A DNA stretch of 64,000 bases from Bacteroidales bacterium. Lineage in GTDB: Bacteria > Bacteroidota > Bacteroidia > Bacteroidales > FEN-979. Every line of letters starts with the position of its first letter. Position 1 is the stretch's first letter. Of this stretch, positions 26,644 through 35,233 are shown piece by piece. Both the position numbers and the translations under genes were made by a program. The notes beneath the pieces were generated by a model. It did no database searches. It had not been told where the DNA came from and saw only the letters and a list, made by a program, of their open reading frames with translations. The DNA lies in NCBI GenBank assembly GCA_035403225.1, contig DAONET010000004.1, forward strand, positions 12,552-76,551, given 5' to 3'.

Positions 26644-28280
26644 TTTCTTCTTTTTCTCTGTCTTTTTCTTCCTGCCATCCACATGCCAATGCTGGTCAGC
26701 AGGATAATGACCATTAAAGCTACGGAGATCCTGGCAATATAATCCCCGTGAGCCACATAAAACGTGATTCTGGAATTGGCATTCAGGGTGGCTTTGATGG
26801 CAGCTGGTTTCCAATAAGCAGTCATCTGGTGGTCATCCCCGCGTTGGTCAATGAAGGCCGAAATACCGGTATTGGCCGACCGGGCAATGGAACGACGCGT
26901 CTCGATGGCGCGCAACGAAGCAAAAGAGAAATGCTGACGGTAACCACCCGTGTTGCCCCACCAGCCATCATTGGTAATGATGAACATCAGCTCGGCGCCA
27001 TTCCTGACAAACTCCGCAAAGAATCCTCCGAAAACAGATTCATAACAGATCACAGCCGATGCTTTTACCGTGTTCACCGTGTTGTATACTCTTCTTACGG
27101 AATCAGTACCCAGACTACCTACGGTTCCACCCAGGTCGATCGCGAACTTTTCAATCCATTTAAATCCTTTAAAAGAAGGAAGCGTTTCTACTCCCGGAGT
27201 CAGCTTCGATTTGTGGTACAACTGCAGCGTATCCCTTGCATTCACCATGATGGCTGCGTTATAAGCATCATAATACTGATCGGAATCCCTGAATTTCCTG
27301 ACCGTGTACGGCAACTTCTCGCCGGGCAGGTAATACCGGAACGTGGATCCGCCTACAATGATATTAAGCGAAGGGTATTCACGGATATAATCGCGCAAGG
27401 CTCCGATCGTGTAAAAGGTAGACAGGTCGTTCTCCCACATGTCTTCCTGGATGGCCGATTCCGGGGTCACCAGGAAGTTCGTGGTGCTGTCGATCAGCGG
27501 CTTTCCCAACGACATGATCCGGCCCAGTACCTGTTCAGGCGGCACCGTGTATTGTTCACTATAGGGATCGAAGTTCGGCTGGACAACCACCACTTTTACC
27601 GGCCTTGATTCTTCTTTATAATGATTATAAATAAAATACGATATTCCGATCGGGACCAGTATCCACAGGCAGAAAAGAGAAATGGGAACTATCTGTCCTG
27701 ACAAGCGACGTTGGCCGGAAAGAATCCGGGAAAGGATCAGGAACCCTGCGATATTCGCAATCAGCACCCATAAGGTGCCGCCGAGAGTGCCGGTGTATTC
27801 GTACCACTGCACCCAATGGTGGAAGGAGGCAAATCCGTTCCCGAGGTTTAACCAGGGCCAGTTAAGGTTCCAGGTAAGATGCAGGTATTCAAACGAGATC
27901 CAGAAAACCACCAGGGCGGCATAACCCGACGTTGCCGATTTCAGTTGTTTTTTCGAAAAATGAAAGGCCTGGAAAACCAGTGACATCAGTAACGAGTTGA
28001 TAACGACAGCCAGCAAGGCTCCCACGGTGGTTGAATTGACAACCCACCAGGTAGTCAGCAGATTCCAGGTGAAAAATGCCGGGTACGAATAAAACAGCGC
28101 GCTGAAGCGGTAAAACTTCTCCGGATTGCGCGAAATATAATCTTCTACCAACAGGAGCGGGATCAGCGCGATGAACAAAAACCCCGGGAAACCGCGTGCA
28201 GGCCAGGAAAGAGCAAGAAGAATTCCGGTAAGGATCGTCAGCAGGATCAGCCAGCGTTTTTTGACGTCATGATAAAACAT
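26640..28280 (-). CDS. lnt: Apolipoprotein N-acyltransferase
   Basis: A multi-TM N-terminal half is followed by a C-terminal nitrilase-fold domain with the catalytic Cys context (AVICYESVFGGFF) and a terminal TM segment. The first ATG is at 28280; the track start at 28301 is a TTG. Confidence 0.85.
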   Translation of the reverse strand: MFYHDVKKRWLILLTILTGILLALSWPARGFPGFLFIALIPLLLVEDYISRNPEKFYRFSALFYSYPAFFTWNLLTTWWVVNSTTVGALLAVVINSLLMSLVFQAFHFSKKQLKSATSGYAALVVFWISFEYLHLTWNLNWPWLNLGNGFASFHHWVQWYEYTGTLGGTLWVLIANIAGFLILSRILSGQRRLSGQIVPISLFCLWILVPIGISYFIYNHYKEESRPVKVVVVQPNFDPYSEQYTVPPEQVLGRIMSLGKPLIDSTTNFLVTPESAIQEDMWENDLSTFYTIGALRDYIREYPSLNIIVGGSTFRYYLPGEKLPYTVRKFRDSDQYYDAYNAAIMVNARDTLQLYHKSKLTPGVETLPSFKGFKWIEKFAIDLGGTVGSLGTDSVRRVYNTVNTVKASAVICYESVFGGFFAEFVRNGAELMFIITNDGWWGNTGGYRQHFSFASLRAIETRRSIARSANTGISAFIDQRGDDHQMTAYWKPAAIKATLNANSRITFYVAHGDYIARISVALMVIILLTSIGMWMAGRKRQRKRRK

Positions 28281-28303
28281 AGCAGGAAGGATTTCCAGCA
28301 AAT

Positions 28304-29500
28304 TTAATCATTTCCCTCAATCTCATTCTGTGCATAAGGATAACGCTGAAGGCGCAACTCCCTGACAGCGGAAGCGATCATGGAGCGAAGCTCCGTTATA
28401 TGTATTTTTTCTTTGGCAGAGATGAAAATGGAAGGAGCATTAGCTTTCGCCATCCAGCTTTTTTCCAGTTCTTCCAGCGGGATGTTCTTTTCGGTGGAAG
28501 GCATCAGGTCGTCAGCCTCCTTCTCGATAAAGCGGTATGCATCTGTTTTATTGAAGATGATGAAAGTCGGTTTGTCCGCAGCGCCGATCTCCACAAGTGT
28601 CTGGCGTACAACATTGATTTGCTCTTCGAAATCAGCATGCGAAATATCTACGACGTGAAGCAGGATGTCGGCTTCACGTACTTCGTCCAGGGTCGATTTG
28701 AAGGATTCGATCAAGGTATGCGGAAGTTTCCGGATGAATCCTACCGTGTCGGAAAGGAGGAAAGGCTGATCTTCCAGCACGACCTTCCGGATGGTGGTAT
28801 CGAGGGTGGCAAAGAGTTTATTCTCTGCAAACACGTTCGATTTACTGAGCAGGTTCATGATAGTGGACTTCCCGACGTTGGTATATCCCACCAACGCCAG
28901 CCGGATCAGGCTCCTGCGGTTCTTTCGTTGGGTCGACTTCTGCTTGTCGATGCCTTCCAGCTTTTTTTTGAGTAAGGAAATGCGCCAGCGTAAATAACGA
29001 CGGTCTGTTTCGATCTCCTGCTCGCCGGGACCGCGAAGGCCGATGCCTCCCCGCTGTTTTTCGAGATGCGTCCAACGCCGGGTCAAGCGGGGCAGCAGGT
29101 ACTCGCATTGCGCAAGTTCCACCTGGGTTTTAGCGTATGACGTCTGGGCCCGCCGGGCGAAAATATCAAGGATGAGATTGTTCCGGTCGATGATACGGCA
29201 TTCCAACTCCCTTTCAATATTCCGGAACTGAGCCGGTGAAAGTTCGTCATCAAAAACCACCAGATCGATGTTTTTCTCTTTAATATAATTCTTTATTTCG
29301 ATGATCTTACCCCTGCCGACAAAGGTACGGGGGTCGGGCATCTCCAGTCGCTGGAAAAACCGTTTCGAGGCAACACCGCCGGCGGTTTCAAGCAGGAAAG
29401 CCAGTTCATCCAACTGTTCTTCTGTCCGGCGTACATCACGATCGGGCAGGGAAAGTCCTATCAGAATTGCGGTTTCTTGCAGGGGATGTATTTCAATCAT
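28304..29500 (-). CDS. hflX: GTPase HflX
   Basis: An HflX N-terminal domain is followed by G motifs (GYTNVGKSTIMN, LSDTVGF, NKTD). Confidence 0.9.
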   Translation of the reverse strand: MIEIHPLQETAILIGLSLPDRDVRRTEEQLDELAFLLETAGGVASKRFFQRLEMPDPRTFVGRGKIIEIKNYIKEKNIDLVVFDDELSPAQFRNIERELECRIIDRNNLILDIFARRAQTSYAKTQVELAQCEYLLPRLTRRWTHLEKQRGGIGLRGPGEQEIETDRRYLRWRISLLKKKLEGIDKQKSTQRKNRRSLIRLALVGYTNVGKSTIMNLLSKSNVFAENKLFATLDTTIRKVVLEDQPFLLSDTVGFIRKLPHTLIESFKSTLDEVREADILLHVVDISHADFEEQINVVRQTLVEIGAADKPTFIIFNKTDAYRFIEKEADDLMPSTEKNIPLEELEKSWMAKANAPSIFISAKEKIHITELRSMIASAVRELRLQRYPYAQNEIEGND

Positions 29501-29583
29501 GTCAGCGGATCACGTATTATTTTCATTTGTTGAAAAGCATCATGGTCGCCGGCAACCCGTCACGATCAAGAAATTAATAAGGA

Positions 29584-30576
29584 TCAGGAGTTGAAGCCAA
29601 TGATACGACGCACATCCCTGATCGTCTGTGAGGCGCTTTCACGGGCCTTTTCAGCTCCCATACGGGCTACTTTTTCGAGGTAGGAGGGATTGGCCTGCAG
29701 ATCCAGTATCCGTTCACGGAAAGGAGTATTAAAGCGAATGATATCTTCCGCCAGTTGTTTTTTCATGTCTCCGTAACGGATCTCACACTTATTATATAGG
29801 GTATTGAAATGTTCGAAGGTAGAAGCATCGGACATGACCTTCATCAGGAGGAACAGGTTTTCAATGGCTTGTGGTTTGGGCTGATCAGGCTGGGTAGGAC
29901 CGGTGTCCGTCACGGCACGCATCACTTTTTTGCGAATCGCTTCCGGGGAATCAGCCAGAAAGATGGCGCTGTTCTCGTTGTCGGATTTTGACATCTTGAG
30001 GCTGCCGTCAAGGCCGGGGATCTTGATCAGTTCTTCGCCGTAGTTATAAGCAACCGGTTCGGGGAAATAATCCACGTGATACATGCGGTTGAAGCGGTTG
30101 GCAAAGGTACGTGTCATCTCGAGGTGTTGTCCCTGGTCTTTTCCTACCGGAACTTTGATTGCTTTATGAATGATGATGTCAGCAGCCATGAGGGTAGGAT
30201 AGGTGAGGAGGCCGGCATTCACGTTTTCGGGTTGATTACGGATTTTTTCTTTAAAAGAAGTACACCGCTCCAGCTCGCCCAGGTATGCATTCATGTTAAG
30301 CAGAAGGTACAACTCCGCCACTTCGGGAAGATCGCTCTGTATGTACAGGGTGGCTTTCTCGGGATCCAGCCCGCAGGCCAGAAACTCGGTAAGCACCGTT
30401 CGTACGCTCTGACGAAGATCTACCGGAGTAGGATGCGTGGTAAGAGAATGATAATCGGCGATGAAAAAGTAGCAATGGTTCTCCTCCTGCATCCTCACGA
30501 AATTCCGGATAGCTCCGAAATAATTTCCGAGATGGAGGTTGCCGGTTGAACGGACGCCACTGACGACAATATCCAT
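29584..30576 (-). CDS. trpS: Tryptophan--tRNA ligase
   Basis: It is a class I aaRS with a HIGH-type motif (TGNLHLGNYFGA) and KMSKS (LKMSKSD). The 330-aa size is typical of TrpRS. Confidence 0.93.
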   Translation of the reverse strand: MDIVVSGVRSTGNLHLGNYFGAIRNFVRMQEENHCYFFIADYHSLTTHPTPVDLRQSVRTVLTEFLACGLDPEKATLYIQSDLPEVAELYLLLNMNAYLGELERCTSFKEKIRNQPENVNAGLLTYPTLMAADIIIHKAIKVPVGKDQGQHLEMTRTFANRFNRMYHVDYFPEPVAYNYGEELIKIPGLDGSLKMSKSDNENSAIFLADSPEAIRKKVMRAVTDTGPTQPDQPKPQAIENLFLLMKVMSDASTFEHFNTLYNKCEIRYGDMKKQLAEDIIRFNTPFRERILDLQANPSYLEKVARMGAEKARESASQTIRDVRRIIGFNS

Positions 30577-30593
30577 AAAAGTTTTTTTAGCGG

Positions 30594-32138
30594 TTATAAT
30601 TTGATCTCGTTCCCTTCCTGGTTAAAGATATGAAATTCAAGGAAATGAAGGGCTTTTTGCTCGACGACTTTGATCCGTTTTCCAAATTTCCGGCGCCATT
30701 TCCAGCGGTAGTGATGCCGGCGGATATAGGCGTATACAAACGGGCTCACCGTGATGGACAGGTTCGACTCATTCTGTTCGCGGAGGAGGTAAGCGAGGTT
30801 GTTTTCGATATCGTCGATGATGAGAATACTGGGCCGTATCTTACCAGTGCCTTCGCAGGCGGGGCATTTTTCCAGGATCTGCACGCTCATCTCGGGTCGC
30901 ACCCGCTGCCGGGTGATCTGAACCAACCCGAATTTACTGGGGGGGAGGATGGAATGCTTGGCCCGGTCCTTTTTCATTTCTTCCCGGAGCTGATCATAAA
31001 GTTTTCGCCGGTTCAACCCTTGTGTCATGTCGATAAAGTCAACCACGATAATACCACCCATATCACGCAGACGCAACTGCCGGGCCACTTCCGTGGCGGC
31101 TTCAAGATTTACTTCCAGCGCGTTGGTTTCCTGGTTGTTTTCGGCGTTCACTCGATGCCCGCTGTTGATATCAATCACATGCAGAGCTTCGGTGTGTTCG
31201 ATGATCAGGTAGGTCCCGCTCTTTATCGTCACTGTCTTCCCAAACGAAGCCTTGATCTGCTTGTCGATGTCAAAATTTTCGAAGATCGGGGTCTTGCCGG
31301 TGTATGTCTTGACGATGTTGACTTTATTGGGATAGATTCGTTGAATGTAAGTCCGGATATCGTCGGCCAGCGTTTCATCGTTGACCACGATATTATTAAA
31401 AGACTCGTTCAGCAAATCTCTGAGGATGGCTGATGTCCGGTCGATTTCACCGATGATTCGCATAGGCGGTTTCGCCTGTACCAGTTTCGATGCGATCGTC
31501 TCCCAACGTTTAAAAAGGTTACGCAGATCCTGATCCAGATCAGCCACCAGTTTGTTTTCCGCTACGGTCCGGATAATGATGCCGCAATTTTTCGGGCGGA
31601 TACTGGTGATGAGCCGTTTCAGGCGGTTACGCTCTTCCTGGCTTTTGATCTTCTGAGATACGGAGATCTTATCGGAAAAGGGCATCAATACCAGGTAACG
31701 GCCTGCGAAAGCCAATTCGGATGTTACCCGGGGCCCTTTGGTAGAAATGGGCTCTTTGGCTATTTCTACCAAAATATTTTGATTGGGCTTGAGTACCTGG
31801 TTGATCTTTCCCGACTTCTGAATGTCTTCTTCCATCGGGAAATCAGCGATGCTTAATCCGGGATTTTGTCCTGATTGGGCTGCCTTGATAAACTTCAGCA
31901 AAGAATTGATCTGCGGCCCGAGGTCAAGATAATGAAGGAAAGCATCCTTTTCATAACCTACATCCACAAAGGCCGCGTTCAATCCGGGCATAATCTTCTT
32001 AACCCTGCCCAAGTAGACATCTCCTACTGAAAACTCATTGTTGGATTTTTCTTTATTTAATTCAACCAGGAGTTTATCTTCGAGCAAGGCAATCTCAACC
32101 TCATTTGGGGTTGAATTTATAAATATTTCTTTATTCAC
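30594..32138 (-). CDS. rng: Rne/Rng-family ribonuclease (RNase G-like)
   Basis: An S1 domain (GDVYLGRVKKIMPGLNAAFVDVG), a DNase-I-like/catalytic region (ALHVIDINSG...) and Zn-link cysteines (CPACEGTG) are present. Length is 514 aa. Confidence 0.85.
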   Translation of the reverse strand: MNKEIFINSTPNEVEIALLEDKLLVELNKEKSNNEFSVGDVYLGRVKKIMPGLNAAFVDVGYEKDAFLHYLDLGPQINSLLKFIKAAQSGQNPGLSIADFPMEEDIQKSGKINQVLKPNQNILVEIAKEPISTKGPRVTSELAFAGRYLVLMPFSDKISVSQKIKSQEERNRLKRLITSIRPKNCGIIIRTVAENKLVADLDQDLRNLFKRWETIASKLVQAKPPMRIIGEIDRTSAILRDLLNESFNNIVVNDETLADDIRTYIQRIYPNKVNIVKTYTGKTPIFENFDIDKQIKASFGKTVTIKSGTYLIIEHTEALHVIDINSGHRVNAENNQETNALEVNLEAATEVARQLRLRDMGGIIVVDFIDMTQGLNRRKLYDQLREEMKKDRAKHSILPPSKFGLVQITRQRVRPEMSVQILEKCPACEGTGKIRPSILIIDDIENNLAYLLREQNESNLSITVSPFVYAYIRRHHYRWKWRRKFGKRIKVVEQKALHFLEFHIFNQEGNEIKL

Positions 32139-32226
32139 TTCGTGCCAGATTTATATGACTGCTCTGGTATAGCCAGAGCCAGTTGCGACAGAAGGAATTG
32201 CAGCAGTACAAATAAGAGGGAGTGTT

Positions 32227-32316
32227 TTACTTCTTCTTATGCCGGTTCTTGCGCAAGCGTTTTTTCCGCTTGTGCGTTGCCATCTTATGTCTCTTTCTCT
32301 TTTTTCCGCTTGGCAT
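32227..32316 (-). CDS. 29-aa hyper-basic micro-protein, probably a bS22-like small ribosomal protein; not in the ORF track
   Basis: Hand translation of the minus strand gives ATG...TAA = MPSGKKRKRHKMATHKRKKRLRKNRHKKK, in which 20 of 29 residues are K/R/H. It lies 21 nt downstream of the HU gene and 88 nt upstream of rng on the same strand. It resembles the K/R-rich ~30-aa bS22 family as I recall it. Confidence 0.55.
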   Translation of the reverse strand: MPSGKKRKRHKMATHKRKKRLRKNRHKKK

Positions 32317-32337
32317 AATTCAGATGTGATTAGAAAG

Positions 32338-32634
32338 TTACTTTACTTTTACTTTTACGTTACCTTTAACCTTATTCACAAAACTCTTTGCCGGTTTGAA
32401 GGCAGGAATATTGTGGGAAGGAATGATAATGGTAGTATTCTTCGAAATGTTCCTTCCTGTTTTTTCAGCTCTTCTTTTTATAATGAAACTTCCAAAACCT
32501 CTGAGGTAAACGTTCTGACCATTGATCATCGAGTTCTTCAAGGTTTCCATAAAAGCTTCAACTGTGGCCTGGACGGCAACTTTTTCAATCCCGGTTTTAT
32601 TAGCAATTTCTGCTACAATTTCTGCTTTTGTCAT
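32338..32634 (-). CDS. HU-family DNA-binding protein
   Basis: The 98-aa protein shows MTKAEIVAEIANKTGI...GFGSFIIKRRAEKTGRNISKNTTIIIPSHNIPAFKPAK, the typical HU/IHF fold signature. Confidence 0.88.
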   Translation of the reverse strand: MTKAEIVAEIANKTGIEKVAVQATVEAFMETLKNSMINGQNVYLRGFGSFIIKRRAEKTGRNISKNTTIIIPSHNIPAFKPAKSFVNKVKGNVKVKVK

Positions 32635-32697
32635 GTTTTATACAGTTATTAATGATATGATTATAATGGGTTTAAAAGTATCAGGAGAAACGAGATG

Positions 32698-32705
32698 CAA
32701 ATATA
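32698..32705 (-). promoter_or_regulatory. Bacteroidota-type -7 box (TATATTTG on the minus strand)
   Basis: The plus strand reads caaatata. It lies 64 nt upstream of the HU ATG at 32634. Confidence 0.35.
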
Positions 32706-32762
32706 TGACTTTTCTGGAAACCAAAGAAATAAAACGGAAAATTTCCAACTTTGCCACGCAAT

Positions 32763-33821
32763 ATGGAAGGTTTTACCACAAAATTAGTCAATTGGTACCG
32801 GGTCAACCGGCGCGATTTTCCCTGGCGTCGCACGCAAGACCCTTACCGGATCTGGGTTTCGGAGATTATCCTCCAGCAAACTCGCATCGAACAAGGATTG
32901 GGATATTACGAACGATTCACGGAAAGGTTCCCCGATATCCGGTCGCTCAGCATCGCCCGGCCCGACGACGTCATGCGATGCTGGCAGGGATTGGGTTATT
33001 ACTCCCGTGCCCGTAACATGATGGAAGCAGCCAGGCAGATCATGGAACAGCATGGCGGGATCTTCCCGTCAACATTCGCCGAAATCAGGACCTTAAAAGG
33101 TATTGGCCCCTATACGGCTGCAGCTATCGCCTCTATCTCCTTCGGAGAACCCGTCCCGGTGGTCGATGGAAATGTCATCCGTTTCCTCAGCCGTTTATTC
33201 GGGATCGAAGAACCGGCCGATTCCACCACGGGTAAGAAAACTATCCACTCCCTGGCTGCCCGATTACTCGATCCTCAACATCCGGGCGATTTTAACCAGG
33301 GACTGATGGAATTCGGTCAGCAATGCTGCAAGCCGGCCAACCCGCTCTGTCACCAATGTATCTTCAGCCGTGATTGCCGGGCCCTTCAAACCGGGAAGAC
33401 AGACCAACTGCCTGTAAAAGGGAAACCGGTCAAAGTGACCGACCGCTACTTCCATTACCTGGTCGTCACGTACACCGCTGATATGGATACCTTCTTTTAT
33501 ATTCACCGCCGTGAAGGGAAGGATATCTGGAATGGATTGTATGAGTTTCCACTCATCGAGACAACGGGAGCTGTGACGCCTGCTCAACTGGTCAAGTCCG
33601 GCGAATGGAAAGAACTGACCCGGGGTTGCGGCGCACGGTTGATCCGGTCGGGACCGGAGGTGAAACACCAACTTTCGCACCGGCTCATCCATGCCGTTTT
33701 TTTTGAGGTGAAGGTGAACCGGCCACTTCCTGGTAACTTTCTGCAAATCAATGAAAAAGATATAAATAAGTACCCCATGGCCAAATTAACGGAGAAATAC
33801 CTGAACGGTCGGAATAAATAA
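32763..33821 (+). CDS. mutY: A/G-specific adenine DNA glycosylase
   Basis: An HhH-GPD domain (WYRVNRRDFPWR, VSEIILQQTR, LKGIGPYTAAAI), an Fe-S cluster loop (CKPANPLCHQCIFSRDC) and a NUDIX-like C-terminal domain are present. The first ATG at 32763 is used; the track start at 32751 is a TTG. Confidence 0.88.
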   Translation: MEGFTTKLVNWYRVNRRDFPWRRTQDPYRIWVSEIILQQTRIEQGLGYYERFTERFPDIRSLSIARPDDVMRCWQGLGYYSRARNMMEAARQIMEQHGGIFPSTFAEIRTLKGIGPYTAAAIASISFGEPVPVVDGNVIRFLSRLFGIEEPADSTTGKKTIHSLAARLLDPQHPGDFNQGLMEFGQQCCKPANPLCHQCIFSRDCRALQTGKTDQLPVKGKPVKVTDRYFHYLVVTYTADMDTFFYIHRREGKDIWNGLYEFPLIETTGAVTPAQLVKSGEWKELTRGCGARLIRSGPEVKHQLSHRLIHAVFFEVKVNRPLPGNFLQINEKDINKYPMAKLTEKYLNGRNK

Positions 33822-33829
33822 TCCTTTTG

Positions 33830-33837
33830 TATATTTG
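33830..33837 (+). promoter_or_regulatory. Bacteroidota-type -7 box (TATATTTG)
   Basis: It begins 9 nt after the mutY stop. Its last base is 55 nt upstream of the ATG at 33893. Confidence 0.4.
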
Positions 33838-33892
33838 CAGAAGCAAATAAAACGATTACATCCAATGGACGATTATCCGGCAAATAGAACCC

Positions 33893-35170
33893 ATGACTGC
33901 AAGAACAACATTTTATCTGAGCCAGATCCTGGGAAAAAAATTCTTCTCCCATGACCGCCGTGTTTCGGGAAAGGTCATCGATTTTTTAATCGAACTGACC
34001 CCTGTTTCCTCGTCCCCGAATAAACCTTCCCGTCCGAAAGTTATCGCCGTCAAAGTAAAAGTCGGCATGTACGAACGGGTATTCGATTTCTCCTCCCTCG
34101 AAGTACTTGCCGATAAAAGGAGTACCCAGATCATCTGTCACGAAATTGAAGAGATCTCTACCGCCTATCTTTCGAATGTTCTTTGGTTGCGCGAAAGCAT
34201 CCTCCGGAAACAGATTGTCGATATTACGGGGAAGAAACTGGAAAAAGTGACAGACGTCCGCCTGGTGGTGATCCCTTCCGGGACATACGCCATCGCGGTG
34301 GATGTCGGGATGGAAGGGGTGCTGCGAAACCTCGGGCTGGTGCAGCTCGTGGAATGGCTTGAACGCCTGTTCCGTATTTCCCTTCTGCCCACCAGGCTCA
34401 TTCTCTGGGATGATATCGAAGCCATCGATGTCGCCACCTCCCAGCTATGGCTCTCCAAGGCGACCACCAAACTTACCGCCCTTCACCCTTCCGACCTGGC
34501 CGATATCATTGAAGAACTGGATAAGCACACCAGGACTTATGTCTTTGCCGCACTCGACGAAGAACAGGCGGCCGACGTACTGGAGGAGATGGAACCCGAC
34601 GCCCAGTTGCAGATAATCCGAAGCCTCCCGCTGGAAAAAGCAGCCGACGTGCTGGAAAAGATGCCTGCTGATGAAGCTGCCGACATCCTCGATGAACTGG
34701 CGGAACAGAAAAAGGAAGAGCTGCTGAAGGAGATGGAAAGAGAATCTTCGGAAGAAGTGCGCGAACTTCTTGAGTACGAAGACGAAGAAGTGGGCAGTAT
34801 CATGAGTACCGATATCTTTACCTTGCCTCCCGACATTACCGTTGCCGCCGCTATGGAAGAACTCCGGAAAGCAAAGCCCGAACCGATCCATATCAATACG
34901 CTGTTCATCATTGATAAAAGCGAAAGGCTGCTGGCTGCTATCTCCCTTGCTGAACTGGTTCTCGCTGATCCATCGGTCCTTATTTCGCAGATCATGAAAA
35001 AGAACCCGGTGACGGTGAAAGATACCGACCGGCTTGATACCCTTGCCGAACTAATCTCCCGGTACAACCTGATGTCGCTCCCGGTCATTAATAATGAGGA
35101 GAAACTGGAAGGAATGGTTATGGTGGAAGATATCGTGGATGACCTGCTGGGGTTGAGGAAGACAAAATAA
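33893..35170 (+). CDS. Soluble MgtE-N-domain/CBS-pair protein with a PRC-barrel-like N-terminus and no membrane domain
   Basis: The central acidic helical repeat resembles the MgtE N-domain (LHPSDLADIIEELD..., EEMEPDAQLQIIRSLPLEKAADVLEKMPADEAADILDEL). A C-terminal CBS pair follows (IMSTDIFTLPPD...; NPVTVKDTD...LMSLPVINNEEKLEGMVMVEDIV). No hydrophobic segments are visible. Confidence 0.7.
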   Translation: MTARTTFYLSQILGKKFFSHDRRVSGKVIDFLIELTPVSSSPNKPSRPKVIAVKVKVGMYERVFDFSSLEVLADKRSTQIICHEIEEISTAYLSNVLWLRESILRKQIVDITGKKLEKVTDVRLVVIPSGTYAIAVDVGMEGVLRNLGLVQLVEWLERLFRISLLPTRLILWDDIEAIDVATSQLWLSKATTKLTALHPSDLADIIEELDKHTRTYVFAALDEEQAADVLEEMEPDAQLQIIRSLPLEKAADVLEKMPADEAADILDELAEQKKEELLKEMERESSEEVRELLEYEDEEVGSIMSTDIFTLPPDITVAAAMEELRKAKPEPIHINTLFIIDKSERLLAAISLAELVLADPSVLISQIMKKNPVTVKDTDRLDTLAELISRYNLMSLPVINNEEKLEGMVMVEDIVDDLLGLRKTK

Positions 35171-35208
35171 TATCTCCCGTTGTCCTGAATTACATCCGGC
35201 ATTTCCAT

Positions 35209-35216
35209 TAACTTTG
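35209..35216 (+). promoter_or_regulatory. Bacteroidota-type -7 box (TAACTTTG)
   Basis: It lies 17 nt upstream of the ATG at 35234. Confidence 0.42.
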
Positions 35217-35233
35217 CATAAAATACTCATGCC

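Noticed and set aside
26644-26814. A 57-codon extension of the M28/QC gene (METSCHQSHPECQ...) overlaps lnt.
   Set aside because: The extension is Cys/His/Lys-rich and lies inside the lnt coding sequence. The internal ATG at 26643 gives a lipoprotein signal peptide and a classic ATGA overlap with the lnt stop.
24301-29500. PIN-PhoH2 and HflX were considered as parts of a toxin-antitoxin or defence locus.
   Set aside because: Both are widespread single-copy housekeeping-type genes. Here they are embedded in a conserved-looking run (polA; hflX-lnt). There is no adjacent small antitoxin-like ORF, nuclease/helicase partner or mobile-element signature.
34537-35208. A 223-aa Ser-rich minus-strand ORF lies opposite the MgtE-N/CBS gene.
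   Set aside because: Its Ser-rich low complexity is the mirror image of the Glu/Asp/Leu-rich acidic repeats on the plus strand, and it has no independent signals.
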